A stretch of 64,000 nucleotides of DNA, taken from assembly GCA_040285825.1 (NCBI GenBank), contig JAUPSS010000002.1, forward strand, positions 310,001-374,000, read 5' to 3'. The notes beneath the pieces are model-generated. The model ran no database searches, was not told the DNA's origin, and saw only the letters and a program-made list of their open reading frames with translations. The stretch comes from Eukaryota sp. TZLM1-RC (taxonomy: Eukaryota; Protista; Metamonada: BaSk clade). The stretch's first letter is position 1; each line of letters starts with the position of its first letter. Positions 47,835 through 60,109 of this stretch are shown one piece after another. The position numbers and the translations under genes were made by a program.

Positions 47835-50670
47835 CTGTTTACCTCAAATAGTGTAATTGTTGTTCAACTCTATGAGGTGCCAAATTTCTCACCTGTTGGA
47901 CTTAAGAGGTTTCGGGTTTACTATTGACCAATCTAGACAACAGGTCTGCCCAAAAATTCGGCTCGCCTGCGGTGTGGACTACATCAAAATTGAATTCTGA
48001 CAATATTGGTTGCCACCTCTTCACAATTCTGTTCTTTTCAGGAGCTGATATGAGATATGCTAAATTTCTATGATCAGTGAATATTGTCTTTTATAGTATC
48101 GCTATTTATAGTATTTTGTTCGAATTCACCTCAACTCACTTTGCGCCATGCTCTAAATTGCTCTAAATTGATAACTTATCGTTCTTCATTACATGATGCT
48201 GTTAGAGACACTGTTTTCAATATGGCACAAACTGCAAGGATATCGTGTATCAAAGAGCCCCTGCTGAAGGAAACACTTTCTCTGAATAATTTTGGTTCTG
48301 ATGATAGAGGTGATGTATACTGTGATTGGATTGATAATTCTGAAGCTATTGTTGACTTTGTCTCATGTAATGTTGCAAACGATACTTTGGTTCACAGAAG
48401 AAAACTTAATCCTGTGGCTGCTCTGGATTTTAAAGCAAAAGAAAAACATAGAAAATATGATAAAGAAATTGAAGATGCAAATGTCGATAGAAATACACAG
48501 CTGGTTTTTATTGATTTCCCATTTTCGATAAATGGAAGATTATCAGTTGAAGCAGAAACTTTTTTGGATGACTTCCAAAAAATGGTGAAAGAAAAAACAA
48601 TGAAAAGATTTGATATTTTTTTATGGCGTTCACGGATTCAGTTTGCCATTATTAATAGATTACCGCGGTTTTTCAATCGAATTAGAGAAGCTTTAGCTAG
48701 ACAGCAAACAAATCAAGATTTTGTAGAGGAAATCTTGGTTTAATGATAGTCGTCCCATTAGTTATGATTTAATTTAATCAAGTGTGCAAATTCAATAAAT
48801 ACGATAGTATCGCTGATATATGTAAATTCACAATCAGAATCAAGTATTTTCATTATCATGTAGTAGAAGACTGCAGAAACGTTCTTCAAACAAAACAAGC
48901 CCTTTTAAAACTGATCGACATCCCGATAATTGATATGGTAGTTTTATCAATATCCTTTTTTGCTATTTTGAGCTGCCAAAAAGCCTTAGCTAAATCTTAA
49001 ATTATTGTGTAATTACCTTTACTTAGAAACCCAAAAATTTCGCTAATCCTGGGCAAATTTGCCTCAACAGGTTGAGTAAAATTATTTACTCCACTTATAC
49101 CACTAAAACCGCCAGTTAATCGTGATTTTCTGTGATCAGGGTAAATTGAAAGACAAATGGGATTATTAAATGGAGACTTTGCGGGCACAACAAATACATT
49201 ACGGGTCAATTCGTTGAAAAGTTTTCCGGCTACCCTTTGTTTTTCTAGGTTTAATCTTCGGGGTTTCCTTTTGACGACCTTACTTTCGTCATAAAATGGA
49301 ATGATCATCGGCTGACAATCAATTCCATCTGATTGAGGTAGCCCACTAAGTACATCTCTGTATTTTTCGAGTAGCACGACTAAACGTTCCTCATCCTTAG
49401 TGTCGTCTGGGCATATTCTACAGCCCAACTCATCTAAATTATGTCTGAATGGAGTGTGCCCAAAATCATTACCTAAGTTTGATTTATTACTCAATTATTT
49501 AATGAATCTAATTGTTTGACTATTTCTATTATCAAACTCACATTCGGCAATCAAGATGGTGCGATGTTCGCAATCCAAACTAATGTTAAAACCGTGCTCC
49601 GTGCGTAGTCTCAAGGTTTGTAATAAGTCTCTTTCGATTAGCAAATTGTTGGTGTACCAGGTATGATTTGAAATTCGATTCTTAAAAACACTTGAGTGGC
49701 CAAGCTACTCACATTTAGAGCGAGAACACCACTTGCACATCCTAGAATCGTGGAGCAAATACCATTTGCCGATAGGTATTCGACGGTTTTATTGTCATTA
49801 ACCGTGATATTACATTTTAACACTAAATCCATTGAAAAAGCTGAAAACGCAGCTCCATTATTATTTTTGCCTTGTACTTTCACGTTATTTATAGTGCAAG
49901 TTAATCAAAGTTCCCTGCTAGAAATTCTTGGTTACTTGCTACCCTGGACAATTTTACGCTGTGGATAGAACCTACTGGATTGGAGGATTCTCTAAATCTT
50001 TTTAATGGATTTAGGTGTTTGCAAACCGAATGAACTTTGCTTATATCATATATGGTACTGATTGTGTTTTGTGTAAGCTTGTTCTTATTTAAAGATGTAT
50101 ACTCATCTGATTTATTTGCATCACGCTTACTATCGCGTTTTTAACTTACCTGACGCTTTTTTGAACCAGGGTTTCCCACTATTTTAAAGCAATTCTCCTC
50201 GGAATGTTTATTAGTTTTGCATAAACTAAACCATTGATCGGAAAATTTGGGTCGACCACTTCTAAAACTCTCCTTTTGAGGTTTCAAAGGAACCTTTTGA
50301 CTGGCTTCGTCCTGTTTGCGCAGGGGGGTGTATGCCAAAAGCTGTTCTAATTCAATTCACGTCTTTGGTTGAGGATTCAAGGCTATTGACCTTGATGACG
50401 AATGCAGTTCCTAATTTTAAAATGGCATTACCAGTTTCTCATTACTTGTTTTAAACCTATCAATCTAAATGATGTATCTGTCCATCAATTACCTGTTAGC
50501 TTTATCGTTAATGGTCGCAAGAAACCTCTTGGCTGGGTAGACGACTGACGGAGTGCCATCCGTTCCGGGCATAATGGTAGAGCGGCTAATTATACAAATA
50601 ATCTGCTCTATAAAAGCCGACTACGAAGATTCAACGCTCATATGCGGCTGATTTTGCGTGGTTTTACAGA
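47835..50670 (-). mobile_element. Ty3/gypsy family B gag-PR-RT-RH relic
   Basis: Homologous to 16.4-19.2 kb and inverted relative to the 37-42 kb copy. Confidence 0.85.
48104..48803 (+). mobile_element. CRE-like family 1, 5'-truncated
   Basis: ORF 48084-48743 and 11-bp TSD ATAGTATCGCT (48093-48103 and 48804-48814). Confidence 0.92.
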
Positions 50671-50675
50671 ACATG

Positions 50676-52620
50676 TGTTAGTTTTAAATAGTATTAATAG
50701 CTTTAGTATTATTATTTATTTAGTTCTATAATAAGTTGAGGGAAATCCATTCACCTGGTAATAAATTACATTGCACTCACAGTATGAATCCTAATCATTG
50801 CCCAAGACCATCAATACGTATTGGGTCGTCAACTGCTTCGCCTAGGCCCCTGATAAAGAGACTGGTACCTCTTCACAACTAACATCAGCTTAAACGGATG
50901 CCATGACTTCTGTAGAACCTCCCGCCTTTCCCGTAGTTTTTTCTCTTTAGGTGAAGTTCCCGCGTCTTCCGAAGATCCCTTTTCTCAAGATTCCGGGTCT
51001 AGGGAAAGAAGTTCTCTCCCAGAGGACTCTACTCCTATGGAGAGCACCAGAGGACTCTACTCCTATGGAGAGAAGTATTCCTCATGATTATTCCGTGAAA
51101 TGAACATTCTCATCTGTACCTTCTACCACTCATCAGGTAAGTTTATCCTCATCTTCAATGGCTCAAGAAGATGATATGAGAAGAGTCCATAGAGATCTAA
51201 TGGAAGTCCTAGCAGACCATAGAAGAGACTTTACGGAGTTCATTAGCACTGCAAAACGCTTTGAATATGCCTTAACTTTTAGTCAACATTCTTCGAAGGC
51301 AATGCCTAGCAGGCAATTAATTCCAAGAAATTCCGCCTCTAACCTGGAAAGCCAACCCAGCTCATAGAATAGGGGACTTTAAAACAATTCCCTCTGATTT
51401 CAAAGCCATTCCTCCTACGGAAATAAGCAAAGGAGTTACATTATTTTATGGACCTCTTCAAAAGAACAACCTAGACATTCCATTTACACCCAGAAGTGGC
51501 ATATTACGGAAAGTGACACCAGACACGATCCCGAATTTAAAAGTACTCGCAGACCTGGCGTAGGTTATATGCGAACAACTAGGGAAGGAGTTTTCACACC
51601 ATTTTTTGGAGATGACCAAAACCTTTTCATCAATGTTGTCAACCCCTGTCCAAACTGTAGGTTCAGCCATGGATACAAAGCTTCATTAGACATATTAATC
51701 GACCAAGATTATCGCATGGGCTGGTGGTTCACCGAAACGACATATGGCGAAAGACTCTATATGAAAGACGTCCCAACCATAGAAGAGCAGGCAACGTTCA
51801 AGATGCTCTATAAAAAGTAACAATATTCCCTGGATGCACAGAATCCAGGATGTTGAAATGGATCATGGTTGAATGTCGCATTAAACGATCCAACCTGGTT
51901 CAATCAGCTATCTCAGAAGCAACTGTTCCTGCACAGTTTGATGAATCGGTCACTGTCCCTGATACTCAAGTCGTCTCTCAAACTCAATCTCAAAATCAAT
52001 TTCAGGTACAACCTCAAGGTAACCAATTTCCCATGGAGCAAGCCGTTGACCAAATAATTACGGTCAATAGTGAGTCCCCAACTCCTACTATATCTTCTGA
52101 TACGATAATTTCATCCCATCACACCCGTCACACGAGCTCCTCAACTTCAACCTACACCTTCCACGGTGAGCTCAACCTCAACAACTTCCGTTTTTTCAGG
52201 CACTTACGAAAGTAGCTTTCTCCTCTCTTCCATGATAGGATCAAGAGATAGGGATGATAGACGTAGGGACCGTCCTGAACGTCCATACTTTGACGCAGCA
52301 GCCTTAAAAGACGCTGACAAACTTCTAAAGTTTGTAAATAAGTTCATTCTCTCGAGTCGTACTGATCGAGTTCTAAGAAAAACAAGAGTTAACATTGAGG
52401 ATCCAGCTCAGGTGGCTCTAGCTAACGAAGTTGCCAGTCTTCGCGATGAACTGGAACGAGCTAGAGAAGGTTCACAAACTTCCGATGAATATTTTGAAAA
52501 TATTACCAGTGAACATGTTCATGAATGGACTTGTTCCGTCAAGTCATGCGAATCAGCCCTCGAGACCTCGCTGAATGTGTCACTCCAGAAGTACTTAATG
52601 CTTCCAGATTTCAAGGTTCC
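50676..52620 (+). mobile_element. LTR retrotransposon family E: probable 5' LTR (50676-50813) plus decayed gag-like region
   Basis: TGTTAG...CCATCA boundary, junction palindrome and broken S/T/P-rich gag-like frames. Only one copy is present, so the boundaries are inferred. Confidence 0.55.
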
Positions 52621-52639
52621 AACCTGAATATATCCTCTC

Positions 52640-53455
52640 CGACGGTTTCAACCTCAAGAAATGAACGTATCATCTGGGCTCAAATATTGAAAAGAACACA
52701 TATTTTCTACATCAATTTTTGAAATTTCCTCACTTAAAGCGGTAACAGTTGAAGTTTGCTTTCTCACTGATAAATCTTCCCAATCTGCAAATCCTTCAGC
52801 ACTCAAATATTGCATTTCTGCATCTACCGATAAAGGCACACGCAGTAAGAATTGAGGCTTGTCCAACCTAAACCGCCATAGTTTGGACTAAGCTAAGCAT
52901 GACAGGTATTCTTTGGTGACTTCATCATTATTTCACCAAAAATGGAGCCAAACGACGAATAGCATCAGTTGAATATAACTTAACTTAGTAATTATAGCGA
53001 ATTCTTGGTTATAGAAATTGTGTGTAATGTTGCAAAAGACACTTTGGTTCAAAGAAGAAAACTTAATCCTGAAAGTGCCCTTAATTTTAAAGCTAAAGAA
53101 AAACATAGAAAATATGACAAAGGTATCGAAGAAGCTATTGTTGATAGAAATAGACCACTTTCTTTTACTGCTTTGCCATTTTCGATAAACGGAAGACTAT
53201 CAGCAGAAGCAGGAATTTTTTTGAATGATTTCCAATAAAAGGTTCAAGAAAAAACAATGAAAAGATTTGATATTTTTTATGACACTCTCGGATTCAATTT
53301 GCCATTATTAATACATTACCTCGGTTTTTCAACCGAATTAGAGAAGCTTTAGCTAGACAGTAAGCAGAACAAGATTTTGTAGAGGAAGTCTTATTGCAAT
53401 GAATTTCGTCCCATAAGTTATGAGTTTATTTCATTAAGTGTGCAAGTTAAATAAA
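52640..53455. mobile_element. Two CRE-like family 1 pieces in divergent orientation (about 52640-52990 minus, about 53015-53455 plus)
   Basis: Minus piece reads GGLG...ADWEDL...ALSEEISKID. Plus piece runs from CNVAKDTLV to the family 3' end. Confidence 0.7.
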
Positions 53456-53839
53456 AAAATGTATAGAGTCGCTAGAATTCAATAATTGATTACTGGCTGA
53501 ACAGCTTAATGTCATTGACCATTGAAACAATGGATTTAAAAGTAACAAAAGCAACAGTTCTGAAATGGTGAATGTATAAATTGTTGAAGGGGAATGAACT
53601 GTGGTTGGCCATTGGACTGAGGCCTTCCTAACTAAGGCATTAATGGATGCAATATCCAAACTGTCTTGAGTGTTTAATAACTTTTGAAAAATTGAGTCTA
53701 AAATAAGGAACAATTTACTACAAGGACATTATTGGTTTACAAGAGATGATGGTGGAAAAAATAATAGGAGATAGAATTAACAAAGCACAAAGCACCAAGG
53801 GCAAGACTAGAAAAACTAGGTATGATTACATTTGACAAA

Positions 53840-55221
53840 TTACACCCTCACAGATAGCATTTCGATCAATTGATTCTTTATCAATCGAATGAAATTCCAA
53901 AAAACCAAACTTTGCCCAAACCTCTTTGTAGCCATGACTACCCTGTTGGCCGGCGACATTGTAAAGACCTGGAAAAGAATTACAGTATCATCAATAATAA
54001 CCTTCACACGATGGCCACTTCTGCTTTCAGCACTAAAATTTCTCCCTTTTAAGAATTGCAATAGCAAGTTGACAGCATCATCAGGTTCCTTGAAAGTAGA
54101 GATGGCAACTAACTTCTTATGTGACATGTAGGTTAAATCTGTTGTGGAAATAGTGGCAAGATTTAGTATATCTTGCTTAGAAAATGACATTGAATTTTCC
54201 CCATTAGCATCAGCAGACTCAGATGGATCTAACTGAATTTCACCAGTGGAGGTAATTGAGGTGACAGAAAGAGCCCCCACACTGGAAACATCAATGGGAA
54301 GAACATCTGCATCATGAACGCTAATGTATCTTTCATGAACACGGAACCATTCATGTTGCAGAATTGTGTCAATTGAGGGCCGTTTGTCAGGGTCAACTGT
54401 AAGTATCATAGTGATGAGATCAACGAGAAGAGGTGAAAAATGACCAGGAATTGGAAACTTACCACTGCATATCTGTCGGAAGAGTTCATTATTCCCTTGA
54501 CGATGGTCAAAAGGCAGGGAGCCAGCACACATGACATAGAGAACCACACCGGCAGACCACACATCAGCTTTGAAAGGAGAATATCCACCAGACTCACGCG
54601 AAAGAATGACATCAGGAGAGACGTAATGTACCTAGGATAAGGCAAAAGATGAAGAACAAACAGTTCCGCATGTAGTTCGAGCAATATCTTCTGTGACGAG
54701 TCTACTGAGACCAAAATCAGTTATTTTGACAACTCCTTGTGATAAAAGAATATTCTCGGGTTTGAGATCTATAGTTAAAGGCAATAATTCACAAACCTCT
54801 GTGGGCAATGGAATGAGCATGAAGAAATCGAAGACCACGGAGAAGTTGGTGAAAATAGTTGGCGGCAGTGGATTCTTGAAGCCTCGTGGAAGTTGCAATG
54901 AGGTCGAATAGCTCACCCTCACAGAACTCCAATACAAGAAAGAGACGAGATTTAGAGCTAAGTACTTCCTTCAATCCACAGATATTAGCATGTTGAACCT
55001 TCTTCATAATAGAAATCTCCCGTTTGAGGTTTTCATTGAGGTTTTGCTGTCGTACCTTTGTAAGATCAATCTAGTGTAAGCTGGGTTGTGGTAGTGTAAG
55101 ATACTATTTTGATCGCCACTCGTTCATTAGTTTCGCTGTGTAAACAGTCTTTAACCTTTGCAAAGCTGCCTTGTCCAATGGTAGGTCCTACTAAGTACTT
55201 GTCAATAGTCTTTTTGTACAT
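53840..55221 (-). CDS. SNF1/AMPK/CIPK-like Ser/Thr kinase, 4 exons (55221-55105, 55070-54797, 54768-54662, 54631-53840)
   Basis: Removing three GT-AG introns restores GQGSFAKV, VAIK, HRDLKPEN, DFG, TTCGTVHYVSPD and ADVWSAG in one frame. Confidence 0.9.
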
Positions 55222-56009
55222 GGGGACTAGGTCAAAAGAAGTGTTAATTTGAAAATCTTATTATTGCTCAACCATACTATGTATGACATTGTTACGTTCT
55301 AATCCAATAGTCTCTAGTCAATACTAGAACAATACGTGGACAGTTATTGTTAGCTATTCAATAATCACCTGTGGGGTTATTATTTTTGTATGGAATAATT
55401 ACCAAAATTATCAATTGCTCAAATATTGCGGCCTTCCATTACCACTCATTCCAAATTCAGCAATCATAAACGTATTCACACATGCGAGCTTTGTTCTCTG
55501 TGAAATGATTTCTTGAACCTTTGTTACTGAATTCATAGCTCTCGCTATTGTCACCCAATCAATGATAACATGTAGTAACGGATTTCACTTTTTCTGTTGA
55601 AGGAGTTGAAATTGGTTACGCATACTTCGCGTATTTCCACGATGTTTCAAGATTTGAAGCCATTCTTGTCATAATTGTTGGCGCCTTTAGACTTAAATAG
55701 AATAAGGGCAAAATAAATCAACTTTATTTCATTAGTCTGGCTATGTCAGAACTGAAGCTTGATGTCCGTAATGGTGACGTCCGAGAACGTATGTCCTGAA
55801 TACCTGCGACGTTTCCTCCAGGTAAAGAATAGGGCTTCCGGACTGAAGTTACCAGACACAGCTTTTCTGAATCGATTTGCCAGAGGAATTCTTCCCGTAG
55901 GTCTCGAACGTTCTCATTCCAACGATGCACCGGAGAATTTAACAAACCCCATATCTTCCGTCTATTGAGCCAGTACTGTATTTATCCTCAGAAAAATGGG
56001 AAAAAGTAA

Positions 56010-56148
56010 TGTTGTTGTTGAACTCAAATTGAATTAGTAGGTTTCTTTTTATTTTCACTGATGACGTGATACTCGTTTATGAATCACTTTTATTAATAAA
56101 CTTAGATTTCTCTCTCTCCTTCGTTTGTTCATCTGCCTAACGGCATCA
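56010..56148 (+). repeat. 3' LTR of family D (139 bp), preceded by a PPT and a gag fragment (55750-55970)
   Basis: Exact reverse complement of 57567-57705. PPT AGAAAAATGGGAAAAAG upstream and CATG downstream. Confidence 0.9.
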
Positions 56149-56412
56149 CATGAACATGACAAAATCTACTATGGTCTTATGAAACAATTTACTTGTCAAA
56201 TTAAGAATTTAGTCACGGAAGAAGGTCTGGCTATTGGTAAATTTCCACCGGATGTACGTTATCGTGCAGATGCTGTTGAAAAAAATCCTCAAATATTGAA
56301 ATTAGCAATTACGATTGCTCAATTTATTGCTAGTAGAGAGGGGAACGCTTATCACATTACCCCTGTATCAACCAATGTGGGTCAATGGTATTTTCCAATT
56401 CACACAACAACA

Positions 56413-57120
56413 TCTTTTTAATTATCAAACTTTATTAAAAACCTATAAATCAACATTTAAATAATCCATCTTTCCCAAAAAAAAACACCAGGTGCAACTC
56501 TCTTATAGTGAGATCCAAGAGAAAGAAAAGCATCAGAAACCATCTTCAACATCTGCTTAAAAATAGAACACACAATTCTATTTTGCCAAACCAATCTGTT
56601 GAAATTTCTGTTAATTCTGCTCTTTACAATCATTTCAAGTTCAGCAAAAAATGTATAGCCGTTGGAGCAAGTGAACCAAATAGAAGATACAAATGAACAC
56701 AAATTGTATTTTGCATGCTGTTGGCCGGAAAATTTGGATGAAGGTTCATTGTATTTTATGATTTCGAAATTCTCAGCATTTGAAAGAGGATTTTGAATTT
56801 CAGAATTAGCAAGCCTTTCATTTGAGGCATTACAAGGATCAACAGACATTACATCCAATAAAATGAAGGTTCCATCTAATCCAGGTAATATGACATCACA
56901 TCTATTAATCTTATGAAAATCATCTTCTGCATCAAACAGACTTGGCAACAGAGGTTCCAAAAAGGATTCAATTCAATGAAACTTACACATACAATATAAT
57001 TGGTCTCTTACAGCATCGTGAACCTTACTTTTAAAAGTAATAAAATGTTTACAATTTAACAAATGAGTAATTGTAATTTTTCGAGAACATTTACAAATTA
57101 AATTATGGGGCAAATTATCA
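56413..57120 (-). mobile_element. CRE-like family 2 relative inserted in the Fanzor
   Basis: CKC...HLLNC, HDAVRDQL and RCDVILPGLDG motifs, with approximate TSD ACACAA(C/G)AACA. Confidence 0.8.
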
Positions 57121-57566
57121 GACACAAGAACAGGTTGGACAATTATTAGAGGAACATTGATAGACGACTTGTTACCTAAACAGAAATTGGTCAATACAAA
57201 AATCTTGTTCAACAGTTTGGCAACCCAAAAGACACTTCAATAATAATAAGTGATTATGATGCCTCAAGTCGCAGAATCAAAATAAAGAGAAAGTTAAAAT
57301 CTTCATACATGGCGAACGATACGACAGATTGTAGATGTCTGAGAAGAACATCGTCACTGGATGAGACGTAGGATTTCTGGAGAGATAGGGACTTTCACAG
57401 AAAAGAACCGATCAAGAGTCTTGCTGGAACAAGCTCTTTCTTAGGAGTCACAGAAGAATAGATCTTCCACTCCTTAGGAACAGAACACTTTCAACTTTCA
57501 TGAAAGAAAGAGACGGGAGGTTGACAGAGGGAACAGTCATCTGAAATAAGAAGGGCCAATAATTAT

Positions 57567-57705
57567 TGATGCCGTTAGGCAGATGAACAAACGAAGGAGA
57601 GAGAGAAATCTAAGTTTATTAATAAAAGTGATTCATAAACGAGTATCACGTCATCAGTGAAAATAAAAAGAAACCTACTAATTCAATTTGAGTTCAACAA
57701 CAACA
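57567..57705 (-). repeat. 5' LTR of family D, with internal sequence running left to about 57290
   Basis: Identical to 56010-56148, flanked by CATG and followed by the junction palindrome. Confidence 0.9.
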
Positions 57706-57761
57706 CATGGTTTCTATTATGATGCTGTTGACAAAAATCTAAGAATCGATCATCCATAAGT

Positions 57762-58129
57762 TTAATATTCTTTCAATAGATGTGAATTTATAAAGCCTTT
57801 ACCATAGACAAACTCTCTAAAGTCTTGTGGACTTACTCTTCTTGGTTTCACCATTTGATGTTCATAATAGTCTTGAAATAATGTGGAGGTGAGGTTTAGA
57901 AGGTTCTCTTCCGGATAATGTCTGACATACTCCCGACATCTCTTCACTGTTTACAGCGCTGATGTGTTTGAAATATGTGGTGCCTGTAACGCACAATAAT
58001 TATTGTTGCCAGAAGACATATCTGCTAGCTTAGTGTTAGAATGTATGTGTAATGTAATGGGGGTTAGGATAAAGTTAATTTTATTAACAATTATGATATA
58101 TTAAGGTACTCACTAGTGAGATATTTACA
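57762..58129 (-). mobile_element. Family A 5' LTR (58004-58129) plus a short internal relic
   Basis: Similar to 10836-11010. Confidence 0.7.
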
Positions 58130-58201
58130 AATAGCCTTAGCAAATTTGATGAATTGGTTTTCATAATTTTTCCATTGCATGACTCAAATGATATATTCTA
58201 T

Positions 58202-59653
58202 TGTTGCCTAAAGTCTATGTTATAAAGAAAAGTCAATGAGGAAAAGTTGATTGATTTTCTAATCATAATATATAAGTTTTAGGGCGTCAACACTGTTTTT
58301 CCCCTTTTTCAAAATAAATCAGCTTATATCAATATGAAATTAAGACTATAAGCAAATAACTAAATAACTGAAAATAACTAGATAACTAAATATACTAAGA
58401 ACTAGAAGCTAATGTGTCCTATTGTCTAATATTTACTCTGAGCTGATTGGGATTTACACAAACACTGGTTCTACACTTTCAAGATTGACAATTGATGTAC
58501 TCTACCCCTTTCACAATAATGTAGAGTAAGGCAGTTAACAATAACTAAAAGGGCCTCGTTTCAAGATCTGTGTGTTTGAATACTTTGTTCGGTGTGTTGT
58601 AATCGCTACATAAAGATGCTCTGCTTTTTTCCGTTTTTCGTGATAGAGTAACGTGGTAGTGTCGTTTAGGAAAGGTATCATGAAATCGAATAGTGGATTT
58701 GCAAATGGTTATACCGGATTTATGTTGGATTAACAACAACAGTAGGCAAAGTAACAAATACCAAAAATCTAAAGGCGGGATCTTTTGCTGTTAAAGTACT
58801 GCCTTTACAACTACAATTGTTAGAGGAGGAACAACACTCAAATCCTTGTCCTCGTAGTACATTTATAGTGGAGGTGGAGTCGCTACTCCATAACCTCGTA
58901 TGTAGTCGACTTCTTTATGTTTGTCTCCATAAGTGAGGGAGCTGCTCGAATGGACAAAAGTCCATTGACTCGAGGTAAGGCTCAGCGTCCTTGTTAGGAA
59001 TTTGTAGAGTCCACCACTGGAATCATCTTCCCCCTGTCATTTAGTTGAGCATAAAATTCATCATACTCTCCTCAGGGAGTCGACGTGTTTTTGGGATTTT
59101 TATACGTTACCTTACTGACAGGTTCTACATTTGGAAGGTGAGAGGGAGCCGGGTCCATTTTTGTTACCACCGTCGACAAATCTCTTTTTCTGAGGGGTGT
59201 GGGTGCCGGGTCCGTTTTCGTAGCCCCTTTCTTTGTTCTGGAAGGAGAGTTGGAATCTGGTTCCGCTCATGTTCCTTCTAAAACTACTTTTGGGGAAAGA
59301 AGGACCTCGTCCGCTTCTTCGATTTTTGTTTTTGTAATGAAGGAGGTGGGAACCAGTTCCATTGCCTCGTAGTTTCTGTTATTTTTGTAGGTGTATATTG
59401 TGTTTGTTCTTTCTGGTCCTGTTGCATATGAGAAAATGAAGTTAACTGAATTTCAAAGATAACTTTTTCTGAAATGTCTGACATGTTAAAATATCTTGCT
59501 GGTTGAGTGTTGATTGCTAGAGTTATTATTGGTATACCTGAACTTTATAATGGCCAATAATGATTGTGCCTAAAGTCTGGGTAATAAAGAAAAGTCAATG
59601 AGGAAAAGTTGATTTATTATCTTATCATAATATATAAGCCTTAGGGCGCCAAC
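58202..59653 (-). mobile_element. Second, older non-autonomous family C LTR element
   Basis: LTRs 58202-58292 and 59565-59653, PPT, and internal sequence colinear with 38809-40122. Confidence 0.85.
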
Positions 59654-60109
59654 TTATTTAACTTTTGCTAATCGTCTATGTTTCAATATTGTTCCAACGG
59701 CTCCGGATATTCTGAAAACTTTAAATACTACAACCCTACTCAAACTGGCTCATCCTTCTCAAGCCCACGTTTCAATAATGGTACATTGTCCACGATTTTC
59801 CACCAACTTTTGGAAGCATAATCAAATTTAATAGAAAGTATTATATAAAAGTACTAATTGTGCCATACAATTGCATATTACATTATGGTTTTTGCTCTAC
59901 AGTTAATTGTGTTTGTATTTGTTGATCTAAAATTCACGTCCCTAAACCAATTGGATAGTTTATTTCTAAAATAATATTAGCTTATACAAATCAATAACAC
60001 ACTGACAATCGAAAAAGTTAACCAAATTCAATCAATAACAGTTGGTTATTACATGGGGAAATTGCCCATAAGTACACGATCAATTTTCGTGCGGAATAAT
60101 TTTTAATAA

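Larger units (their letters stand above)
55415..57760. pseudogene. Fragmented, partly inverted Fanzor1 paralogous to 60110-62197
   Basis: Pieces are 55415-55675 (minus, C-terminus GNGRPQYL), 56149-56412 and 57121-57256 (plus; DAVEKNPQILKLAITIAQFIASREG and FGNPKDT) and 57706-57760 (minus). Confidence 0.75.

Noticed and set aside
52640-53455. Twin-priming 5' inversion of a CRE-like copy
   Set aside because: The orientation fits, but several hundred nt are missing between the pieces and I found no TSD. Two separate insertions are equally likely.
56010-57705. 139-bp perfect inverted repeats read as TIRs of a Fanzor-carrying DNA transposon
   Set aside because: They are LTRs (TG...CA, a PPT on one and the junction palindrome on the other) put in opposite orientation by an inversion.
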